A stretch of 64,000 nt of DNA from a virus, in the IMG/VR virus record IMGVR_UViG_3300003773_000042. One strand, 5' to 3'. Both the position numbers and the translations under genes were made by a program. Shown one piece after another: positions 56,954-64,000 of the stretch. Below the pieces are notes generated by a model. The model was not told the DNA's origin. It did not search any database and saw only the letters and a program-made list of their open reading frames with translations. Within the stretch, counting starts at the first letter, position 1. Every line of letters begins with the position of its first letter.

Positions 56954-57282
56954 TGCTGCGGGTCTCCAGGTAATTGTTGAGGGGCGCGCTCAGGAGCTGG
57001 CGGAGCGGCGCGCGGCGCACACAAACCCTTGAAGGACTCACAAAAGCTGCACACTGGGCGAGCGGCGATTGTTTGCTCACCGCATTCGGTACAGGGAATA
57101 ATTTCGTAGGCCCTCAATTTGCGCTCCGGTTAATAATTTAGTTAAGTTGATACAAATAATACACGTTTAAACGTTTAAATGCAAGCGCGATTGACAATAA
57201 CATGGTATACTGTAAGCACATTTCGTAATTCATCTCAGTCGTCGACCAGTCTGGAGCGGCGCGGTTTCAGTTAACTAGGGAT

Positions 57283-60200
57283 ATGCAGGCCATGAGTGAC
57301 AACAACATCATCATCTTCGACAATCAGGATGAGCTGGGCGACAACATCTCACGCGAACAAAGCCTCAATGCCATCGAGCCTGGCCACCACTGGTTCTGCC
57401 GTCAAGATGTCAGCAGCATCAACGCAGGCGATGAGCGCTACGGGTTCAAATTCCATGAAGGCCAGGTCTACCTGCTGACCCGGCTGGTCTATTTTGATGG
57501 CCAATTGCACTCTGTGGAGCTGCTGGACGACCCCCTGCTGGGTAAGGAATCTGGCACGCTGACCCTGCCGCTGCTGCTGGAGAACTTCGAGCAGCTGAGC
57601 GACGATGCGGCCAAGGCCTTCCGTCAGGAGCAAATGCTGGCCATCCAGGGTGACGCGGCCGAGGTTCAGAAAGAAATGGCTGAAGCTCAGATGAATCCGC
57701 GATTGCTCGATGAGGTCGTGGCCGAGGGCCTGGAGAAGTGGGAGCGAGAACTGGCGCATGCCAACCGACGTGATGACGACGAGGATGAGGCGCCCAAGCC
57801 AGCGCAAGTTCCGGCACTGTCGACCAACGGCCAATTCAACCTGACTGGCGCCATCAAGCACCGCATTTCGTCTACCGACATCGCTGTATTCCGCCACATG
57901 GCGCAGCGCGAAGGCAAAATTGCTGAAATCCGCGGCAAATGGCTCACTTCGAAGGTTGAGCAAATGGCCGGCATCCTCAAGAAACTGGCGCCGTTCTACT
58001 CCGAGCAGTCGGCAATCGGCCTGGCACGCGCACATGAAGCCATGACCCTGGCAAAGGACGTGGAAAAGGGTCTTGTATCCCTGCGTCTGTACACAGGGGA
58101 GGGCGTCAGCTTCGAAACCATCGCCAGCGGCAAGTCGGCGCCGGCGGACGAAAAGCTGACCATCTACCAGCGCAAACTCTTCATGGATGAGGAGTTCGCC
58201 GTGTGGACCGACGTCGACAAGCTGTTCGACTACACCCATACCGAGGAGTTCTTCAAGGCGCTGCGCGAGAATGATTCCCTGCGTCAGCAGCTTATTCCGG
58301 CTCAACGCGGGGTGGTCGCCATGGCCGTGCGCCATAGCGACGTGAACTATGAGCCAAAGAACCTGGCTGAACTGCTCGACGCCATGGCAAAGAATCGCAC
58401 CAATAAGGCACTGTTCCTGCTGGTGCGCGACGGCGAAAACTGGTATCAGGTCTGGTCGGACGAGCCGAGTCATGAGCTGTCGCCGCGCCTGTTCCCGACT
58501 CGAAATGAGATGGATAAGATTTTCGACGGCTTCGATGGCGAGAAAATCGGGTTCGAGGACCTGCGTTTCACCCATCGCACTGACAAATTCGACAAGCTTT
58601 CTCTGGCATACAAACGCTTCCTGATTCTGGCCTGCGGCCTGGACCATTCCAAAAAGCTGTTCGGTTATTTCTACCCTGAGAATGAAGCTTTGAGCTTCAT
58701 TTCGATGGACTTTCAGCGCAAGTACATGCGTTTCGTTAGCGATGACGACGGCGACGTGATGTTGGGCTCTCACCTGGTGGATGTGCAGGACGTCGTCAAA
58801 CAGAACCACAGTCAGCTCGCGGCCGGCTCGCGTGTTTTGGTGTTTAGCCGTGACGCGTTGGCTATTCGAGAGGCAGCACCTGGTGCGTACAATAACGGTC
58901 GCTATGAGCATGGTCGGGGCACGGTCTATGACCGTATGGTTAAGCCTCAGTTCAAGGCCATTATGCTGACCGTCCGCCGTGACAAAGATGACCTGGTCGT
59001 GTCCTTGCCGGTGGTTCGCAAAAACGACTATGTGCGCAAAGGCTGGAGCGGCTTCGAGCCGGCCATACGTACGCACCATTCCGTAAAGGTCGCACTCAAT
59101 AAACTCGGCTCCAATGGTCTGGGCTATCTGATTACGGATACCCTTAATCCAGACGAACTGCGCCCTTACATCTACAGCCGTGCCCAACGTTCGCACCACC
59201 TCGACTATCTGTATGGCTTCAAGCTCGCCATCCAGTATCTGAACGATGAACGTGCTGCAAATGCACCTGTGATGGCGCACATGGTCGATGAGGCTAGCGT
59301 TAAATTCGGACTGGCCCCTGATGCAGCAGCTATTGCGGCAACTTCTGCGGCACAGGGCTGGCGCCTGAAAAACCCCGATGCCGACAAACTGCCGGCCGTC
59401 GACTCGCCAACCTACGCCGAGCTGGACTTCCAGCTGGCAGAAGCGGCATACGCGTTTACCCACGCCATACCGAAGGTGGAAGCACAAATTACTCGCTTGG
59501 GCGGCAAGCTGGTGCGCGTCATGCGCGGTAAAAAGGGCTCCCTCATCGCCTACTACGAGCAGCCAGAAGTCGAGAAGGATTTCCGCATCAAGAACTGGCG
59601 CTGGGTTGGCCGTCGAGTGTTCAGTGCCGCCGGGGTGCCGTCCAAAGAGGCCCCATCAACGGTATGGATGCAGGCTGGTCGCATCGTCGGCGAAACGGAG
59701 CTGTATCAGGCCCCTACTAACATGGCACACCCATTCGCAGATAAAGACAACGCGACTTTCGTCTCCCTGCAGCAGAAGCTGAATATGGTCGACGAGATGG
59801 CCGACGTCTTGGCAAACGCCTTCAAAGGCGAACGCCAGGGTGTGAGCGACCAAGCGTGGGTCATGTTCACTGCGGAGAATGAAGCCGAAAAACACCGTAC
59901 CCGGCATCACCACAAAGAGCCAGGCTTGAAGCGCGATAAAAAAATCGTGCTACCTGTCGCAGTGGAAACGAACAAGAACGCCATGCTGGCAATCGAGGTA
60001 AGCCTGTATGACCTCCTGTACTTCTATGGGTCGGATGCGCAGCGCGCCGCCTTAACCGAGCAAGGTTATACCATCCCGAAACCGCAGAAATTGTACGACG
60101 GGACGAAAAAGCCTTTCGAAGGCGCCAAAATCGCATTGGTTCAGGTGAACTATTTCTATTTGTCGCAGTTCACTGGGCCAGTCGGAACCGACGTGCATAC

Positions 60201-60420
60201 TTCCGGTTCTCATGATTTCGATTTCGGCCCATACGGTTACGAGGGGTCAAATCGCCTTGATTTCTCCCTAAATCATGTGCTGTCCCCTCAAGGATTCAAG
60301 GCTGAGCGGCGCGCACATTCGAAACGTGAAGCACCGACGTTGTGGATTCCCAAAATCTACCTGGCTGAAGATGGTACTGCAGCGCTGTCGCGTATGTTCC
60401 CTGAGCTTAAGACGGCCTAA
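57283..60420 (+). CDS. Large hypothetical protein (1045 aa)
   Basis: Uninterrupted ORF with typical codon usage, AGGG RBS, N-terminal coiled coil; no family recognised. Confidence 0.85.
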   Translation: MQAMSDNNIIIFDNQDELGDNISREQSLNAIEPGHHWFCRQDVSSINAGDERYGFKFHEGQVYLLTRLVYFDGQLHSVELLDDPLLGKESGTLTLPLLLENFEQLSDDAAKAFRQEQMLAIQGDAAEVQKEMAEAQMNPRLLDEVVAEGLEKWERELAHANRRDDDEDEAPKPAQVPALSTNGQFNLTGAIKHRISSTDIAVFRHMAQREGKIAEIRGKWLTSKVEQMAGILKKLAPFYSEQSAIGLARAHEAMTLAKDVEKGLVSLRLYTGEGVSFETIASGKSAPADEKLTIYQRKLFMDEEFAVWTDVDKLFDYTHTEEFFKALRENDSLRQQLIPAQRGVVAMAVRHSDVNYEPKNLAELLDAMAKNRTNKALFLLVRDGENWYQVWSDEPSHELSPRLFPTRNEMDKIFDGFDGEKIGFEDLRFTHRTDKFDKLSLAYKRFLILACGLDHSKKLFGYFYPENEALSFISMDFQRKYMRFVSDDDGDVMLGSHLVDVQDVVKQNHSQLAAGSRVLVFSRDALAIREAAPGAYNNGRYEHGRGTVYDRMVKPQFKAIMLTVRRDKDDLVVSLPVVRKNDYVRKGWSGFEPAIRTHHSVKVALNKLGSNGLGYLITDTLNPDELRPYIYSRAQRSHHLDYLYGFKLAIQYLNDERAANAPVMAHMVDEASVKFGLAPDAAAIAATSAAQGWRLKNPDADKLPAVDSPTYAELDFQLAEAAYAFTHAIPKVEAQITRLGGKLVRVMRGKKGSLIAYYEQPEVEKDFRIKNWRWVGRRVFSAAGVPSKEAPSTVWMQAGRIVGETELYQAPTNMAHPFADKDNATFVSLQQKLNMVDEMADVLANAFKGERQGVSDQAWVMFTAENEAEKHRTRHHHKEPGLKRDKKIVLPVAVETNKNAMLAIEVSLYDLLYFYGSDAQRAALTEQGYTIPKPQKLYDGTKKPFEGAKIALVQVNYFYLSQFTGPVGTDVHTSGSHDFDFGPYGYEGSNRLDFSLNHVLSPQGFKAERRAHSKREAPTLWIPKIYLAEDGTAALSRMFPELKTA

Positions 60421-60462
60421 GGTTCAGCACTATACTAAAAAATCCTTTCATACTAAGCCCTT

Positions 60463-61188
60463 ATGTTTAAAACAACCCTTCTTGCAATGATGCTGGCCAT
60501 CGCTGGTTTGCCTGCTTACGCCAGCGACTATTTTATCGTGGTGCCAGTAAAGGGTAAGACCTTTAACGAAAGCGCTATCTCGGTCACACTAGCACCGAGT
60601 TCGCTGCCTGTTGCACTGGCAGGCCAGGCCTACAGCTACGACTTCAAGCACAACTTGACTGTCACTGGGGATTCGGCATTCATTGGCGCCGGTGTCGGAT
60701 GGACCGTTACACAGGGCTCCGTACCCGCAGGTTTGGCTGTCGATACTCATGGCGTGTTGGCCGGTACACCCTCTGCAGCAGGGACATATTTGTTCACCCT
60801 CAAGGCATCCTATCGTACCAAAGCAGGACAACAACTCTACCAGGTCGAAGTCACCAATCCTTTCCCGATGGCGACCAATGCGGGTTTGACGTTTGTTGTT
60901 CCAAGCATGGCGCTACAGTCGCTGACGGCAACCCGTGCGGCGTGCGGTGCCGTCATCAACGGTGTATCAGGCTGGCGTGTGCCAACTTCGGACGAGCTGG
61001 GTGCGATGTTTGGAGCTAAGGGTGCGCCTGCGCTGTCTGCTGCAGGCTGGCCAACGGATACTGGAGACTGGTACTGGACTGACACCGCGTATGGCGGTGG
61101 TAAATGGATTGTGCAAAAACCGTACAACAACTCCGCCAGCGTCTGCTACGACGGCGATGTTTGTGCACGCTCCGTTTGCGTTCGATAA
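60463..61188 (+). CDS. Secreted adhesin-like protein: Ig-like (He_PIG) plus DUF1566-like domain
   Basis: Signal peptide, DYFIVVPVKGK, VPAGLAVD..GVLAGTP, GWRVPTSDEL...GWP....YWT; CTATACTAAAA at 60430. Confidence 0.75.
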   Translation: MFKTTLLAMMLAIAGLPAYASDYFIVVPVKGKTFNESAISVTLAPSSLPVALAGQAYSYDFKHNLTVTGDSAFIGAGVGWTVTQGSVPAGLAVDTHGVLAGTPSAAGTYLFTLKASYRTKAGQQLYQVEVTNPFPMATNAGLTFVVPSMALQSLTATRAACGAVINGVSGWRVPTSDELGAMFGAKGAPALSAAGWPTDTGDWYWTDTAYGGGKWIVQKPYNNSASVCYDGDVCARSVCVR

Positions 61189-61213
61189 GGGACGGTAATG
61201 AATCAGAAATCTT

Positions 61214-61717
61214 TTGTTGGTTGATGAAGGCTCAATTGTGATTTCACTCCAAGAGGTTTTCAGTGGCAATCCGTTTGCGGACCATCCTCAGCTTCGCACC
61301 ATCTGGCCGGCTGAGTTTGCGGTAATCGCTGAAGAAGCTGCCGTGGAGTCGCTCGAGGAGGCGAAGCATGGCGACATCGGCGGCCTGTTCCTGGTTGCGA
61401 AAGACGACCAGATTATTGGCATAACAGGCTATTTTTACTGCGAAGACATCGACGAGCCCTTCCTTCGATGGCACGGAATTATCCCTGCTGAACGAGGCAA
61501 TGGTTACTCCGGCATCGCGCTTCGCCAGGTGGTCGACCGCATCAAAGACAAGCTTCCCGCCGCGCGCGGCTTGACTGAGCTTGTCCCGCAGAACGGCGCA
61601 GGCCCGGAAATCGAAAAGCACTTTGTTTCCCTGGGCTTTACGCGGAACGGCGTTCAGGAGAAATACGACTGGTCCCCTTACGCATGGCAGCCAATTCGGC
61701 TCGACCTGACAACTTAA
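61214..61717 (+). CDS. GNAT-like acetyltransferase
   Basis: IIGITGY...RWHGIIPAERGNGYSGIAL...FVSLGF. Confidence 0.6.
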   Translation: MLVDEGSIVISLQEVFSGNPFADHPQLRTIWPAEFAVIAEEAAVESLEEAKHGDIGGLFLVAKDDQIIGITGYFYCEDIDEPFLRWHGIIPAERGNGYSGIALRQVVDRIKDKLPAARGLTELVPQNGAGPEIEKHFVSLGFTRNGVQEKYDWSPYAWQPIRLDLTT

Positions 61718-61728
61718 CTGAGGCAACT

Positions 61729-62223
61729 ATGAGCATTGCAGAAGCATACAAACCAGACGCAAAACGTGAAGCGCTGAAAACCCGTCCGGGGGACTTCGAA
61801 AACCGCCTGTTCTTCGCCGCGCGCAACCTGGCCATCGAGGCCTTGATGCTGCGCATCGAGACGGGCATGCTTCGTAAAGGCTTCGATGTTGACGTGGAAT
61901 GGCGTGAGTCATCCTACGGCGGGCCGACCCTTGCGATGAAGCTCAAGAATCCCAAGCTGACTCCTACGTCCGCTTGGACCTACGCTGAAGCGACGGTGAG
62001 CATCAGTCGCGACCGCATCAACGTTCTCGAGCGTCACAAGCTCTCGGACTGCTTCTATAGCGTCACTGCCGTACACCCGACGGAGCATTGGCCATTCAAG
62101 GTCTCCAAGTATGTTCAGGGCTTCCGCGACCTGGTGAAGCAGCTGGGCGATGAAGGCTACTTTGCGGCCGAAGTGAACAAGGTCAACTACCCCTTCGAAT
62201 ACAACTCGAGTAGCAGCTATTAA
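61729..62223 (+). CDS. Hypothetical protein
   Basis: GAGG RBS before MSIAEAY. Confidence 0.7.
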   Translation: MSIAEAYKPDAKREALKTRPGDFENRLFFAARNLAIEALMLRIETGMLRKGFDVDVEWRESSYGGPTLAMKLKNPKLTPTSAWTYAEATVSISRDRINVLERHKLSDCFYSVTAVHPTEHWPFKVSKYVQGFRDLVKQLGDEGYFAAEVNKVNYPFEYNSSSSY

Positions 62224-62400
62224 GGCATCGAGCCGGGCAGCCACGCGGATTACGCCAATTTCCACGTGGCAACTATTTCGAAAGCATATGTCTGATATTT
62301 CTTGCGAATCAAGGAGATACTTGACCTAAGGTCAGAAAATGGCAGCTCGTTAGTAAAGTATTGAACACTATACTACTAACATATCCAGCTAACGACTACC

Positions 62401-63699
62401 ATGAAAAAGACCATCCTCGCAGCGCTGTTGGCGCTCGCTGGCCATTCCGCAATGGCCAAAGATTACTTCCTTGTCATCCCCGTTTTGGGTAAGACGGACA
62501 ACATCAGCGCGATTCAAGTTGCGCTGAATCCGGCCGTGCTGCCTGCCGCTCAGGTAGGGGATGACTACGCCTTCAATTTCGCACCGAACCTGGTCATTAT
62601 CGGCGACCCGAAATATAACGGCACTGGTATCGACTGGGCTGTAAGCCAGGGGAACCTGCCCGCCGGCTTGGTGCTGGACGTGAAGTCTGGCGCCGTGAGT
62701 GGTGTGCCTACTTCCGATGGAACCTTCGGGTTCAACCTGGCTGCCAGCTACAAAACTAAGTTGGGCGAGCAAGCCTATCAAATTACGGTGGCCGCAGCGA
62801 AGCCGAACTTCGTCGTGACCGGCAATCCCCCATTGAACCAGGCGCTGGTGGGCGCAACAATGGGCGTGGCGTCGCTGCCGAGCGTCATCAACATGAAGAA
62901 CACTGGCAAGGCGGCGGGCAACTTCACTTTGCCACCCTTGGCCGGCGCCGATGCCGCACAGTTCAATGCGTCGACGACCTGCAACAACGTTCCCGTCAAT
63001 GGAAACTGTGCCGTGTCGGTAGCTTGGACGCCATCTGCCAACGCAGCTGCGGCGACCATGACCCTTGCGGGCACTACCTATAGCTTTGCGGGCAACATGA
63101 CGAAGTACGCAAACTGGGACCAGGCTAACACTGGGGTAGGGTACACACTGTCTAACAACAGCCTGACCGTCACGGGTGTCGGCGCCAATACGGGGGGCAC
63201 ACGCGGCAATATCGGCAAGTCCTCTGGCAAGTGGTACTGGGAGGTTTCGGTTGACCCGGGTCGTGACCGAACGTCCGTTATCGGCATTGCGAAGTCGACC
63301 TTCTCAATGACGGCGGCGAACGGCTGCTTCGGCTGCAACCCAAGCAATACGGCTCCTTGGCGTGGGCTGGCGCCGGCGAGCACTACTCAAGTTGTTGGCT
63401 GGCCAGGTACGACGGCTACCTCCACCAATCTGGCTGGAACCACGCTTTCTACGAAGGGTGCTAACTTTGGCGACACCTACGGCCTGGCGCTGGACATCGA
63501 TGCGCAAACGCTGACCATCTACTACACGCCGGCTGGCGGCAGCTGCCTCAACCATTCCATCCTGCAGTTTGCAGCAATCGGCGCGGGTACTTGGTATCCA
63601 GCAGTTTCTACTGCCGGCCGGGATTGGATTGTCACAGCAAACTTCGGCATTCAGGCATTTAAGTGCCCAGCACCAACCGGTTACCAACTCCTCAAATAA
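62401..63699 (+). CDS. Secreted adhesin-like protein: Ig-like domains plus SPRY/B30.2-like domain
   Basis: Signal peptide, DYFLVIPVLGK, LPAGLVLD..SGAVSGVP, SSGKWYWEV...GLALDID...WYPAV; CTATACT at 62368. Confidence 0.8.
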   Translation: MKKTILAALLALAGHSAMAKDYFLVIPVLGKTDNISAIQVALNPAVLPAAQVGDDYAFNFAPNLVIIGDPKYNGTGIDWAVSQGNLPAGLVLDVKSGAVSGVPTSDGTFGFNLAASYKTKLGEQAYQITVAAAKPNFVVTGNPPLNQALVGATMGVASLPSVINMKNTGKAAGNFTLPPLAGADAAQFNASTTCNNVPVNGNCAVSVAWTPSANAAAATMTLAGTTYSFAGNMTKYANWDQANTGVGYTLSNNSLTVTGVGANTGGTRGNIGKSSGKWYWEVSVDPGRDRTSVIGIAKSTFSMTAANGCFGCNPSNTAPWRGLAPASTTQVVGWPGTTATSTNLAGTTLSTKGANFGDTYGLALDIDAQTLTIYYTPAGGSCLNHSILQFAAIGAGTWYPAVSTAGRDWIVTANFGIQAFKCPAPTGYQLLK

Positions 63700-63711
63700 G
63701 CAGATTCGACC

Positions 63712-64000
63712 ATGAAAAAGACAATAATTGCCGCGCTTCTGGCGCTGGCTGGCCACTCGGCAATGGCCAAAGACTACTTCCTCGTCATCCCCGTGTTGGG
63801 TAAAACGGAGAACCTCAGCGCGATTCAGGTTGCGCTGAATCCCGGCACGCTGCCGGGCGCGCAGGTAGGCGACGATTACGCCTTCAATTTTGCGCCAAAT
63901 CTTGTTGTCACCGGCGACCCAAAATATGCTGGCACTGGCGTTGACTGGACGGTAAGCCAGGGCAGTCTGCCGGCGGGCCTGACCTTGGACGGGAAGACCG
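63712..64000 (+). CDS. Third adhesin paralog, truncated by the window end
   Basis: MKKTIIAALLALAGHSAMAKDYFLVIPVLGK..., near-identical to the first about 96 aa of the 62401 protein; absent from the ORF track. Confidence 0.85.
   Translation, partial: MKKTIIAALLALAGHSAMAKDYFLVIPVLGKTENLSAIQVALNPGTLPGAQVGDDYAFNFAPNLVVTGDPKYAGTGVDWTVSQGSLPAGLTLDGKT

Noticed and set aside
57191-57211. TTGACA...TATACT as a canonical sigma70 promoter
   Set aside because: The spacer is only 9 bp; at most an extended -10 promoter.
57349-59487. Long antisense ORFs (also 7722-9056, 15351-16574, 38118-39767, 6324-7292)
   Set aside because: Shadow frames opposite well-supported genes in GC-rich DNA, with no RBS or motifs.
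57283-60420. Assignment to P1 Dar/Ddr anti-restriction proteins
   Set aside because: Only the size is similar; I cannot confirm sequence similarity without a search.
1-64000. Prophage, ICE or IS element; tRNA or rRNA genes
   Set aside because: No capsid, terminase, integrase, transposase, relaxase or tRNA cloverleaf recognised; phage-like genes are isolated accessory units.

Overview
This window looks like a 64-kb piece of a large low-copy plasmid (megaplasmid-like), probably from a betaproteobacterium; the host is inferred from codon style and gene content and is not proven. There are no rRNA, tRNA, CRISPR, integrase, transposase or phage structural genes. From left to right: (i) a replicon, 0.2-5.8 kb, with an RSF1010-like RepA helicase, a putative initiator, 21-bp-period iterons, two conserved hairpins, two tandem LexA-type boxes and three 19-bp parS-like palindromes; (ii) many short hypothetical genes, each a small unit of promoter motif, RBS, ORF and terminator, usually with a CTATAC motif about 30-55 bp upstream of the start codon; (iii) a degenerate HD-domain gene and a full-length SecA homolog directly upstream of a type IV filament cluster, 15-26.6 kb, with a secretin, a PilB/GspE ATPase, a PilC/GspF platform and four pilin-like genes that all lack a class III leader peptide and Glu5; (iv) a DNA-modification, TA and anti-defence-like block with an orphan MTase, an ART-like gene, a T4 gp30.3-like NADAR, HipBA, a standalone DUF262, a calcineurin-like phosphoesterase, an HNH nuclease, a GNAT and a queuosine-salvage (QNG1)-like glycosylase; (v) an EamA transporter, a TrfB/KorA-like repressor, a 1045-aa unknown protein and three paralogous secreted adhesin-like genes with a constant N-terminus and variable C-terminus, the last truncated by the window edge. 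The best candidate for an undescribed system is the SecA plus leaderless-pilin type IV filament, possibly together with the adhesin array. All family assignments come from recognising motifs by eye; no database searches were run.
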